Shown in pieces: positions 11,266 to 23,900 of a stretch of 64,000 bases of DNA. Position 1 is the first letter of the stretch; every line of letters begins with the position of its first letter. This DNA comes from Chara braunii. Taxonomy: Eukaryota; Plantae; Charophyceae. The stretch covers positions 709,676-773,675 of the forward strand of contig BFEA01000025.1 of NCBI GenBank assembly GCA_003427395.1, written 5' to 3'. The translations under genes and the position numbers were made by a program. Below the pieces are notes generated by a model. That model ran no database searches, was not told the origin of the DNA, and saw only the letters and a list, made by a program, of their open reading frames with translations.

Positions 11266-12478
11266 CTCATCCTCTTCCCAGGACTCGTCGTCAGGTAGTG
11301 GCTGTTGCCACAATGACAGGTGCGCGTACAGTCCCGGGTCGAAACGGGGCATGCACGACGGCCGCTGTCCCCCCCATGCTGTAGAACAACTGCTCATGCC
11401 TTTCACTGCCTCCCATGCCTCCCTTACTGCCGGTTTGCTTGAGCACTTTCGTCGGTTTCCGCCTCCGTGGCAGATGACATCCTCGCAGCAATTAGCAGAA
11501 GTGCGCGAGGATGACGACGAGCAGGACGAGGAGGATGAGACAGAGTAACGACAACTTCCTCACGTGGTCAGCCATGCAAGTGGATCTGGAATTGTGGGTT
11601 GGCACGCATGCTCCTGCCTCACTTCCCATTGTCTTGTAGTACACACGACACCACTCACGTTGTCGCGTCTACCCGAACAAACCACCACCCACCCATTCCC
11701 AACCCCGGCCCTTCCCCTCGCTCCGCACTGCAGCGTTTCAATTTTCAAAACGGTCACCTCACGACGGACTTGCGTAGTGCGGCGATGGTCGAAAATGCCT
11801 GCGGTACCGCGGTTGGGACAACGGCCTCAAATGACCGCGGTACCACTGCTTCTACCGGGCACCAGCAATGGACTGTATGATGTTATCAAAGAGGCCGCCA
11901 ACAAAAACCAGCCATGATCCAGGAACAGACGAAATGTGCAAAAAGAAAACAGAAAAAAAACAAAATACCTGGTTTCCGCGGCTGTCCAAAGGGTGTGCTC
12001 TTGAATTCAAGTGATCTGCGAGAGGTGACTTGAATTCAAGGGTGATTTTGGCTGTGTCGCCCTTTGAGTTTTAAGGGTGCACGTTGGTCGCTGGTTGTTG
12101 TTGGCTTTGGTCCCTCTGATGTTCTCCCCCAGTTCGGACATTACACTCATTATATCCACTTTCCACAGTACTACGAGTGGTAGAACCCTTCAGTTTCATG
12201 CTGTGGGTCACAAGTTCGAGTCTGGTTCCAGACTTTGGGGGGGTCCGGTCCAGATAGATCTGTCTCTACCACATACACATACACACGAGATACTGCCCCG
12301 AAATTCAATAGCACAATTCGTACACACATACTAGCACAATCCTTACACACACAGTCATACATATACATAGTTCAAGGTACACACACACATACATGTGCTA
12401 CTGGAGGTGATACGAGCACCTCCACTAGTACTCGGAACTAGAAAAATTGGGTCCATACATGGACTGATAGACACTTAC

Positions 12479-12482
<4 letters not shown>

Positions 12483-12526
<44 letters not shown>
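12483..12526. repeat. (TA)n microsatellite
   Basis: Direct reading. Confidence 0.95.
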
Positions 12527-12528
<2 letters not shown>

Positions 12529-12569
12529 TGACACAAGGACTGGGTGGAGGTTACACGATCAGCGGGTAA

Positions 12570-12825
12570 TAATGATAGGCGTTTCGATGACCAAGTACCC
12601 CGCCTTAAATATACAGCTAGGGTCTGTGGTGGGAGAGTGGAGGGCGTGAGTCATTGGTTGGTCTGTTGGGTTCCAACCGGTGATGATGATAGGCGTCTCG
12701 AGGACAAGTACCCCGCATTAAATATGCAGCTAGGTCTGTGGTGGGTGAGTGGAGGGCGTGAGTTACTAGCTGGTCAACTTAGGGGCTAATAGGTGATTGC
12801 TTGAGCCTGGCGCCCGAAGTACCCG
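12570..12825. repeat. Degenerate ~115-bp tandem repeat, ~2.3 copies
   Basis: ATGATAGGCGT..CGA.GA.CAAGTACCCCGC.TTAAATAT.CAGCTAGG...GAGTGGAGGGCGTGAGT at ~12572 and ~12686, with a partial third copy. Confidence 0.75.
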
Positions 12826-13311
12826 TACGGCAAGGCTCGTTCGACTAAGCTTCCACTAGGGCTGGGAAGCTAGCCCTGGTGCCTACCCTACTGTTCGGTC
12901 CAAGTTGCCCTCCATACCGATAGGGTGATGGTCCTGGGTGCTGGTCACACTGAGGTAGGATAGTAGAGATAGGGGGTGCGCCAGGAGTATTGACGTGAGG
13001 ATGGGATGGGAGGTAGCCTCGCCTTGTCAGGGAGTCCACGGCTGACTGCGTCTGGCAATCAATGTGTGGGTCTAGTAACTGGCCTCTACAACACCCTGGG
13101 CTTAAAAAAAAAAAAAAAAAAAAAAAATAAGGGCGCACCCTGACGCAAAAAAGTGAAAACAAAGCGGGTCTCTCTAAGGGGGGGGTGGAACAATGATTTT
13201 TCACTTCGCTCTTGAACTCAAGTGGTGTGGAACGAGGCCCTTCAACCACCAGTACTTGGCCCAGCTATCGGCTGCGGAAAAGAATAGAGTAGAAACGTTT
13301 CTAGACGGAAG

Positions 13312-13391
13312 AATTCGTTCGCTCCTGTAGTAGTCCCTACGTTTCCTAAAATTCGTGCGCTCCTGTAGTAGTCCCTACGTTTCCTAAAATT
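13312..13391. repeat. 37-bp tandem duplication
   Basis: AATTCGT(T/G)CGCTCCTGTAGTAGTCCCTACGTTTCCTAA twice. Confidence 0.85.
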
Positions 13392-16300
13392 GTGGCGCGG
13401 TAACCGACTCTAGGAAGCACTGGTGGTTTAACATAAGAAAAGGACCTACACATTCCGCCAGTCGAAGGACAGGCTGCACAGGCCCTATGTTCGTGATGAT
13501 AGGCTACCCTGGGTGTGCTCCCTGCCAAGTTACAGGCCTCAACCCTGCTGTGGTTGTACTTGGAAAAGATCAACCTGACATGAGGATATCACCAGCGGGG
13601 CCTTGCCCTTAATATGAACATAGCACCTATGCGGGGCACAAGGTGGCCCCTCAACGAAATAGCTACGCTCGTGCTTGGGAACCTGGCTGTAATTATGGCA
13701 AGGTTCGTACTTTCATAGCATGCCCGTTGAGAAGTTAGACATAGGTTTGCACAACGTGATCTGCCTGCAACGGCTGTCAGATACTGCGGTAGAAAAATCC
13801 TGAACAAGTTCTTTCCGAACTGAAAGCTCAGGGTTCTCTTTCAAAAAGAAAAAAGCAAAACACTCAAGTTTCGAGCTTGTAACCTGTTGTGTTTCCATCC
13901 ACCACACCATGAGTAGCGGTCTGATAAGTAAAAAACGCTGTGCTGTATTCTGAGTCGATTCCCAAGGTTCATGCCGGCGGACGCTTTGGCATGAGAGGCG
14001 ACTGGGATCTGGTTGAGAGGGCTCTACTGNNNNNNNNNNNNNNNNNNNNNNNNNNNNNNNNNNNNNNNNNNNNNNNNNNNNNNNNNNNNNNNNNNNNNNN
14101 NNNNNNNNNNNNNNNNNNNNNNNNNNNNNNNNNNNNNNNNNNNNNNNNNNNNNNNNNNNNNNNNNNNNNNNNNNNNNNNNNNNNNNNNNNNNNNNNNNNN
14201 NNNNNNNNNNNNNNNNNNNNNNNNNNNNNNNNNNNNNNNNNNNNNNNNNNNNNNNNNNNNNNNNNNNNNNNNNNNNNNNNNNNNNNNNNNNNNNNNNNNN
14301 NNNNNNNNNNNNNNNNNNNNNNNNNNNNNNNNNNNNNNNNNNNNNNNNNNNNNNNNNNNNNNNNNNNNNNNNNNNNNNNNNNNNNNNNNNNNNNNNNNNN
14401 NNNNNNNNNNNNNNNNNNNNNNNNNNNNNNNNNNNNNNNNNNNNNNNNNNNNNNNNNNNNNNNNNNNNNNNNNNNNNNNNNNNNNNNNNNNNNNNNNNNN
14501 NNNNNNNNNNNNNNNNNNNNNNNNNNNNNNNNNNNNNNNNNNNNNNNNNNNNNNNNNNNNNNNNNNNNNNNNNNNNNNNNNNNNNNNNNNNNNNNNNNNN
14601 NNNNNNNNNNNNNNNNNNNNNNNNNNNNNNNNNNNNNNNNNNNNNNNNNNNNNNNNNNNNNNNNNNNNNNNNNNNNNNNNNNNNNNNNNNNNNNNNNNNN
14701 NNNNNNNNNNNNNNNNNNNNNNNNNNNNNNNNNNNNNNNNNNNNNNNNNNNNNNNNNNNNNNNNNNNNNNNNNNNNNNNNNNNNNNNNNTGGCGCAGTGG
14801 GAGTCGTGTCCCGTTGTAGTTGGTCTGGCGTAGGACCCCCTCCCTTTGGAACGGCTACAGGTAGCGGTAGAGAAAGGGACATCCTCGCAGCTGGAGGTTT
14901 TTTTTTTAATTTTTTTTTTTTAATTTTATGTAGGCTATATTATTCTCTTGTGGCCCACGGCAGTGGGGAATTGGGCCAGGGCGCATTCGTAGCTGTGTCC
15001 GTGCTAAGTAGTCACGGACGTTGGTGTCAAAATGGCAACATGGATGCTGAATTCGCACAAGCCCCAAGTCCCGCAGGTGCTATGTTCGTCCTAAGTGCGC
15101 ACGTATGAAGCCGGAAACAAGACCAGATTCGTTTCCAATTAGCATGGACTAGCACTCGTGGTGGCCGGCGGTGAGTGCGCGGAGCCAAGGCGGTGGCGCC
15201 AGCGTGTCCTGACTGATTATAGGGACCGGGCCGGCTATGCGCAGGCGCCCCGCAACAGCAGCCCAGAGCCCCGGGCTATTTACGTCGGGGCTGGGACTAC
15301 TACCGTCTTCCCCCGAACATAACGCACCCTTAAAATGAATGCATACAAGCTATATTTCCGGCCAGATACAGCCAAAATAAGGGTGCGTTGTGTTCGGGGG
15401 AGAACGGAGCCGGAGAGGGTCGTCGATGCCCTCAGTGGGCCGTGCGGGAGGGGAATTAGGCGGGGCGGCGCGGGTTTGGCGAATGGGAGCGCGCGGGGGG
15501 CGCGCATCTACGGGCAGTTCGGATTTCTTTCTTTCTTTTATTATTATTATTATTTTCTTTTTTATTATTATTATTTTTTTTACTTCGGATTTCTGGGGCG
15601 AGGTCCCACAGGCAGCAAAAACGAGGGTTGGATCTCACGCCTGAAACTGTACTTGTTTGCGGATACGTGCAGAAAATAGCGACTGATATGGACGTCCAGA
15701 TTCAACCGTTCAATCAACTCCACAGCCTCTTTGCTAGCGGGACCTCACCCCTGGGGCGTGGTCCCACCAGCAAAGAGGATCGGATAGAAATCCTGAATCT
15801 GGCCATGTCGTATGCAGAGATACGGTTCGATCTCGATTTCCCTCTCCTGTCCTCGAACACGTCCAGATTCAGGTAATTCAATCGGATGCTCTCTTGCTAA
15901 TGGGACCACGGCCCTGGAGAGCAGGGCCGTAAAGAGGAGCTGACAGAGTGGGGCGAAACGACCCGCCGGCAGCCAGCCGGCATTCCGAATCAGTCGGGAT
16001 GGGGGGTGCGGTTCGATTGGCTTTTGACCATGGATGGCGGAGCATCGTCGGCCAAGGGCAGTGCTCNNNNNNNNNNNNNNNNNNNNNNNNNNNNNNNNNN
16101 NNNNNNNNNNNNNNNNNNNNNNNNNNNNNNNNNNNNNNNNNNNNNNNNNNNNNNNNNNNNNNNNNNNNNNNNNNNNNNNNNNNNNNNNNNNNNNNNNNNN
16201 NNNNNNNNNNNNNNNNNNNNNNNNNNNNNNNNNNNNNNNNNNNNNNNNNNNNNNNNNNNNNNNNNNNNNNNNNNNNNNNNNNNNNNNNNNNNNNNNNNNN

Positions 16301-16491
16301 NNNNNNNNNNNNNNNNNNNNNNNNNNNNNNNNNNNNNNNNNNNNNNNNNNNNNNNNNNNNNNNNNNNNNNNNNNNNNNNNNNNNNNNNNNNNNNNNNNNN
16401 NNNNNNNNNNNNNNNNNNNNNNNNNNNNNNNNNNNNNNNNNNNNNNNNNNNNNNNNNNNNNNNNNNNNNNNNNNNNNNNNNNNNNNNNNNN

Positions 16492-16534
<43 letters not shown>

Positions 16535-17093
16535 CAGAAAAGTTCATTGTATTCCATAACACAAATCCAGAGGCGGGGCGGCCCGGTAGCGCTAACGGAG
16601 CGCTAATCCGTGCGCTAATTTTGATTAGCTCTGGGGTGAGAGTTGGCGCGAGGTCGGGAAGAAGAAGCCACCGTGAGAAAAGCTCGTCAACTTTGAGGGT
16701 GGCGTCTCTTCCATCTCCCGCGTGGTATTTTGTGCGACGTGCCCTGTGGGATATCAGGGCAAGGGAGATTCCGACTTACCGGAACTGTGCCTTCGCTACC
16801 ATGGAGCCTGCTGTGCAGCAACGGGTGAAGAACCTTATAGGAAGATGAGTGGTTGGACGAAGTAACGAGAGGAAGTTCACAAGACTTGGAATATGGTCAA
16901 CGCATCAAGATCCGGGGAAAGTGAGGTGTACTTCGCGCTCATGGTTTGACCTCTATGGGACGGGATATGGATTACTGATATATCCCAGTTTATCACGGTT
17001 TATCACGGCCTATACATGAGTAGATATAGGATAATTTTGGTTAGGATAATTTTGATTATATTTAATTTATTATTGGGGATTAAGGGGAGCAAA

Positions 17094-17362
17094 TGTAGCG
17101 GACCTCGGGTTGGCCTGTGAGACCATCCCCTTGGCCTGTTCTCACAGGCCTGTGTCGTATTCGGGGTAGGCCAGTCCAGGCCGCTACCTCTGTCGGTACC
17201 AGCCAGTCCAGTCCAGTCCCGTCAGTCCGCTGGGGTATACCCCAGCCATTGTCTGTTTTCAGTCTTGCGTGGGGAGCTGCGTTGTGCCATCTCGCTCCCC
17301 CCTTCTTCCTCCATCTCCATCTCTGTCACTAGCGGAGCACCACACCTGGTGGGTCCGCTACA
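17094..17362 (+). repeat. 5' LTR of Gypsy-1 (269 bp)
   Basis: TGTAGCGGACC...GGTCCGCTACA 11-bp terminal inverted repeat; matches 26478-26898 and the reverse complement of 35738-36049. Confidence 0.93.
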
Positions 17363-17363
17363 T

Positions 17364-17378
17364 TGGTATCGAAGCGGG
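17364..17378 (+). promoter_or_regulatory. Primer-binding site, initiator-Met-tRNA-like
   Basis: TGGTATCGAAGCGGG one base after the LTR; resembles the canonical TGGTATCAGAGC. Confidence 0.75.
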
Positions 17379-18890
17379 AACGTTGCCCGCTCCCACCCAC
17401 CACCCCGTACAGCTGTGCAGGCATACAGCTGAGGAAAGCAGCAAAACCCGACATCGGGTTTTTTCGCTGTTTTCGGGCGGTTTTCAGTGAAAACGCAGGG
17501 GAAAAGCGGCGCGTGCAGGAGGTGCCACGTGGCGGAAAAGAGAGGCACCACGATGAGCGCGTGCGCGCAAAGGCCAAGGCCGCCGCACGCACGCGCCCAT
17601 TCTTTAACTCTATTTTTTTTTTTTTTCATCTCTCTTTTTCTTCCCTTCTTTTCTCCTTCCTTCTTGATCTCTCTCCACCTTTCCCCAACCCTCCTCTCCC
17701 CCAACTACCACCACGTCATCCCCCCACCTCCCACTTCATCTTTTTCCCTCCCCCACCTATTTCCTCCTCTTCTCCTTCACTTTTTCATTCCCATTTCCCC
17801 CCACTTCGAATTTTTCTGTTTTTCTTTTTCTATCTTCCTTTTGATTTATCTTTTCTCTCTTTCCAAAAATTCGAAATATCTTCTTTCCCACCCTCTTTTC
17901 TTATTTTNNNNNNNNNNNNNNNNNNNNNNNNNNNNNNNNNNNNNNNNNNNNNNNNNNNNNNNNNNNNNNNNNNNNNNNNNNNNNNNNNNNNNNNNNNNNN
18001 NNNNNNNNNNNNNNNNNNNNNNNNNNNNNNNNNNNNNNNNNNNNNNNNNNNNNNNNNNNNNNNNNNNNNNNNNNNNNNNNNNNNNNNNNNNNNNNNNNNN
18101 NNNNNNNNNNNNNNNNNNNNNNNNNNNNNNNNNNNNNNNNNNNNNNNNNNNNNNNNNNNNNNNNNNNNNNNNNNNNNNNNNNNNNNNNNNNNNNNNNNNN
18201 NNNNNNNNNNNNNNNNNNNNNNNNNNNNNNNNNNNNNNNNNNNNNNNNNNNNNNNNNNNNNNNNNNNNNNNNNNNNNNNNNNNNNNNNNNNNNNNNNNNN
18301 NNNNNNNNNNNNNNNNNNNNNNNNNNNNNNNNNNNNNNNNNNNNNNNNNNNNNNNNNNNNNNNNNNNNNNNNNNNNNNNNNNNNNNNNNNNNNNNNNNNN
18401 NNNNNNNNNNNNNNNNNNNNNNNNNNNNNNNNNNNNNNNNNNNNNNNNNNNNNNNNNNNNNNNNNNNNNNNNNNNNNNNNNNNNNNNNNNNNNNNNNNNN
18501 NNNNNNNNNNNNNNNNNNNNNNNNNNNNNNNNNNNNNNNNNNNNNNNNNNNNNNNNNNNNNNNNNNNNNNNNNNNNNNNNNNNNNNNNNNNNNNNNNNNN
18601 NNNNNNNNNNNNNNNNNNNNNNNNNNNNNNNNNNNNNNNNNNNNNNNNNNNNNNCACTTAAACCTCGGTTAGGGTTTTCTTAGGGTTTTGTAGGGTTTAG
18701 GGTTCCTCAAACCCCCCTTACTTCCCCGTCCTCTTCGGGCACCCTGGACCCGAACCACCCCTCCCCCTTTGACGGCGCCCGTGCTAGCCTTGCAATCGCC
18801 GTTCGCCGCTTTCTACCGCGGACTTCCCCCTACGCCCTCCGCTCACGCGGACCTCTTCTGGCCCCCTCCAGTCCGGTCCGTCATCTCCCC

Positions 18891-20969
18891 ATGGCCGACG
18901 GTGCGTCATACGCCGCCGACACGGCGATGACCACGGCATCGGGCTCCTCACCCGTGTCGGCGGACCAGGGCCATCAGCCCCAAGGGGATCTACACACCCT
19001 CCTCACCTCCCTCCTTGCGCCCATCCAGGCGCAACTCGCGACCCTTGCGCCCATCCAGGCGCAACTCGCGACCCTCGCGCCCTTACAGGCGCAAGTGGCG
19101 ACCCTTGCCGCCGGCATGCAGCAACTCCAGGACGCTGCGTGTCCGTCATCCCCTAGCTCCCAGTCCGGGTCCCCCGTCCTCCGGCAGGGTGGCCACGGCG
19201 GAGCTTCCTCCTCCGTTGCCCCTGACCCGACCATCTTGGTAACTGTCCACGCCCCTAGCACGACGGCCGCCACGAGCCAGGCCCCCCCTCAGTCTACGGG
19301 CGCACCCGCCCAGATCCCGGTCACTACGGCCACGGTACAACAACCCGCTACCATGGTCTCCGCTTTTCCGGGTGCCCCACTTCTCCCTCCCCTTCGCACG
19401 ACCGCAGCGCCACCTGGCTCTCCCCTCTCTAGGATGCCGCGCGCCACTTGTGCGTCCACCCCCTCCACTCTTCCTCCTGCCACCCCTCGATCGACCTACG
19501 TTCGAGGTCTCGCGGACGAGATTGCCCAGCTCCGGGCCGACCTCGCCCTCTTACGCCTTCAGCCACCCCTACCCTCACAGGTGGCCGCGCCTTCGGGCAC
19601 ACCCCCTACCTCCTCTACCCTTCCTTCCATAAAGGCTCGCTTTCCGCGCCCTGCACCCTATACAACTCCTTCCTACCTTCTTCCTACTCCCGCGGTTGCT
19701 GCGACCTCTTCTACCGCAGCACCCTCGCAGCCTGCCGCTGTTGCCACCGCTGCTCCCCCATGCGGCCCGGGCGCACAGTCAGCTGCGCCCCTTTCTCCAG
19801 GACCTGCGCCGACTTACTCAGCTGTGGCATAGGCCTCCGCCCCTCGATCCCCTCGCCGCCAAAACGGTGGCGCACCACTCATCCGCTTGTCGGACATTTC
19901 CTTGTATGACGGTACAGGCATACGCCTGTCTCGGTGGCTGCAGTCTGGCACCCGCACACTCCAGCTCATGGGCGCCACACTCGAGACGTGGGTGGGTCAC
20001 CTCTCCACGCGCTTGCGTGGCGGTCCTTTCGAGGCCTGGGAGGATTTCTATGCCTACTCCCTTTGTGAGGGTCAGACTCCGACCTTCGTGGATTTCCAGG
20101 CGTTCCTCGAGGATCGCTTCGGAGCCCGATACGACGTGATTAACGCCTTCGAGCGTGTCGTCACTACACGCTGGTCCGGCTCTGGTGGCGCTGCCGGCCT
20201 GGATCGCCACATCCAGGTCTTTCAGGACGCCCGCCTCGTTTGCGACGTGGCGTTCCTCCCTGAGGCTGCCCTTATCGATCGTTTCTTGGCCAGCCTTCCG
20301 CTCGAGTACCGCTCCGAGCTATGGCGGTACGAGTTCACATCGGCCCCACAGGCTTACGAGGCCGCCAAGGCCTACCAGCGGATGCGAGCCCGTCTTCACC
20401 CCGCCTCCTCCTCCCAGCCCCAGCGCACGGGCTACGCCTCCTCCTCCTCTCACGACACTTCCCAGCGTCGTTCCCCTTTCCGCGGTCGCCCCCGCCGTTC
20501 CACGCAGTAGGGCCACCACTTCTCGCGCCGCTTCAGCGCGCTGGAGTATGGTGAGCAGGACGCTATTGCCCCACTGTCACCTGAGGGCGACCACAACGAC
20601 GACCTCGATCTCTGCGAGGCCGTCCACTATCACTTAGAGGACTCTACCCTCCCTGCAGCTGAGCGCCTTCAGCTCGTGCTCTCCGCCCTCTCTCGGGCAT
20701 GCTGCCGCCCCTGTCACGGTGGCACGTCGCCCCCCGAGGTCCCTCAGGAGGACCTCCCTCAGGGTTTCGTCCCTCCTCGTGGTGTCCTTTCCCCTGAGGA
20801 GCGTGCGGCTATTCTAGGCCGGCGTCGGTGTTTGCGCTGCCGCTTGGACGGTCATACCTCCTCGCGGTGCCCTTACAATACCGCCCTCGACCGCCACTAC
20901 GCTGACCTTTCTCGTCAGCGTCATGCTCAGTCCCGCCCCGGCGCCTCAGGTCCCCGCGGCGCCTCCTAG
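18891..20969 (+). pseudogene. gag: Gypsy-1 gag (Pro/Ala-rich N-terminus, capsid, CCHC knuckle), two premature TAG stops
   Basis: CLRCRLDGHTSSRC knuckle; the stops at 19830 and 20508 correspond to Gln codons in the Gypsy-2 copy. Confidence 0.88.
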
Positions 20970-20974
20970 CCACG

Positions 20975-23900
20975 GTGCAGTGTACACATGCGCCCTCCTC
21001 AGTAGTGGGCTTCCCGACATCTCCGTCGCGGTTCGCCCCTCTCGCTACTGGAGTTGAGGTATCGCAGGANTCGACAGAGTGTACTCAGCCCTCTGTCGCA
21101 GTANCGTNTGCGCCTCCGCAGACCACCGTCTNCCCTCCTNCCCCGCCGCGACTANCGACGCGTCGAGCCATTCGCTCAGCCCGTTGCAGCGAGCAGCTTG
21201 CTACTCGCGAGGACGTTGTGTCCTCTCTTCTGGACTTGAGCATGCTCCAGGCTCGTNAGGAGCGACTCACCCTCCATGTCNCTGCACTGCGTCGCCTTCT
21301 CGCCATCCTCTCTGACCCTGATCGCACCCTCGCGATCATCCCAATACGACTCGGGACCTCCACGAGGGTGTACTCAGCGCTGTGGGATTCCGGTTCTCAG
21401 GGCGACTTCATTCACCCACGCGTGGTGAAGGAAGCCGCTTACCCACGACAGGGTCTTCGACTCCCATCTTCGTTACCCTAGGGGATGACAAGACTCAGCG
21501 CTTCTTCGATCAGACGGTCATCAACCTCCCCTTCTTCCTCACTCTTGAGTCGACTAATCGCTCCCCGGCGTCTCGTCGCCACCGCTCCTCTGCACATTTC
21601 GATGTGATGGAGACGGGGTACGACTTCATTCTCGGCACTCCGTGGTCTCGTTGGTTCCGCAGCACCGAGACCGATTAGGCGACCAACACTCTCGTTCTCA
21701 AAACGAAGTCTGGACAGACGTATCGCGTACCTTTCATAGGTACCACGACGACACCACGCCCCGATCCTCCTCCCCTGGAGCCTTCAGTACCCACACCACC
21801 TCCCTCTATCACTATCACCTCGCCTCGGCAGTTCGCTCACTTCATTCGACAGGACGACGTCACCTTCTTTATGGTGGACGTGACGGATCTCTTACACTAT
21901 GATTCACCCTGTCCCGACGTCAAGCTCATCCCTCTGGAGCCAGATCCTCCCTCTATCTCCATGACTCCCATCTTTACTTCCGTCTCTCCGCCGTTCGTCG
22001 AGTCCACCCCGCCGTCNCGCGCTGACGCTGACGCTGAGGAACTCACACGATATACGGCAGACTTGGAGCCCGCAGTTCGTGACCTCATCCGAGTGTACCA
22101 CGACGTTTTCCCATCGTCGTTCTCGTACGCCGGCATCCCACAGATGCGTGACGTCGAGCACTCCATTTAGCTTGTGCCTGACTATCGTGTTCACCACCAC
22201 GCACCCTACAGACTCTCGATTCCCGAGGCCACCGAACTCAAGCGTCAGCTTGAGGAGCTCCTGAGACTGGGTTTCATTAAACCCAGCAACTCCCCGTGGG
22301 GTGCACTCGTCCTCTTTGCTCGCAAAGCGGACGAAACTCTTCGTCTCTGCATCGACTATCGCGGTCTCAACCGCTACACGGTTAAGAACAGTTACCCCAT
22401 GCCTCGTTCCGATGAGTTGTTCGACCGCCTAGCAGGCAACCGCTTCTTTACGAAGATTGATCTTCGTAGCGGTTACCATCACATCCGCGTCGCTGCAGCC
22501 GACCAGCCGAAGACAGCGTTCCGATCGCGGTTCGGCCACTATGAGTTTACGGTGATGCCATTCGGCCTCACCAATGCACCCGCTACCTTTCAGAGGGCGA
22601 TGAACGACATCTTCAGGGACATCCTGGAAGAGTACGTTCTCGTCTACCTCCACGATATCCTGGTCTGTAGTCGTACCCTTGAGGAGCACCTCAGACACCT
22701 CTGCGACGTCCTTGACCGCTTGCGCAGACATGGCTTCTACGCCAAGCTGAGCAAGTGCCGCTTTGCCCAACACAAAGTGGATTTCTTAGGACACTACGTG
22801 TCTGACCAGGGTCTCCACATGGACGACGCGAAGATCACTGCTATTGCGGAGTGGCCCGCCCCCACATCCGCCAAGCAGCTTCGCAGCTTCCTAGGCCTGA
22901 CCAACTACTATAGTAACTTCATCTGGGGATACGCTAGGTATTCCTACATCCTTACCTCCACCCTCCTCCGGAAGAACCCACCCTGGTCTTGGACACCCCT
23001 CCTCGAGGACGCCTACCGCGCCCTCAACAAGGCGGTGACATGCGCACCGGTTCTTCACCTACCCGATTTTGANCGCCCTTTTATCCTTACCACCGATGTG
23101 TCATACTTTCCTATAGGAGCAGTGCTTTCTCAGGTCTTCCGCTTCTCTCCTGATTCCTCTCATCCTCGTATCCCTCGCTTCCCAACACCTACCCCTACCA
23201 CTGCTTCCCGACTGACGCCTACTTGTCCAGCTACTGACGAACCTTCTATTGACTATTCTCCTATCATCGCCGAGGACGGCACTGTCGAGTCTCGCTCAGG
23301 TGATTGTCCGATAGCCTTCTACTCCCGTCAGCTCCTGCCCGCCGAGATAAACTACACTGCTGATGAACGTGAGGTTCTCGCAGTAGTTTATGCCGCTCGG
23401 CACTGGCGTCACTACCTGCATGGGGCACCATTCACGGTGCGCACGGACAACTCTGTTGTCCAGGCTTTTCTGACAAAGCCGCAGCTCACTCCTCGACAGG
23501 CACGCTGGTGGCGCAACCTATCCGAGTTTAGTTTCACCACTGAGCACATCAAGGGTGTGACTAACTGGGTCGCAGATGCCTTATCCCGGCGCCCTGACCA
23601 TGACCAGGAGCACATCCAGCTCTCTTCCATCTCGGTCACCACCGTCCACCACTCGGCGATCGACGAGTTTCACACTCAGTACCCCTACTGCCTCGACTAT
23701 CGCGACATCCATGCGACCCTTCGGAGTGGCAAAACCGTACCGAACTACTCTCTCGGGGACAACGGTCTTGTGTACTGGCACGGTTCACAGGGCACCAGAG
23801 AGCCCCATATTTGCATTCCCTCCACTGGACAGCTACGTGTCCGCGCAGTAGCAGAGTTCCATGACCAGGCAGCCGCTGGTCATATGGGCTTCCACAAGAC

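Noticed and set aside
11270-12000. PIF/Harbinger transposon 3' end
   Set aside because: The acidic C-terminal peptide and GAGCA-like terminus are suggestive, but there is no catalytic motif, partner TIR or TAA/TTA TSD.
13713-18683. Long ORFs in the track at 13.7-18.7 kb
   Set aside because: They are open only because they run through N gaps (14030-14789, 16067-16491, 17908-18654).
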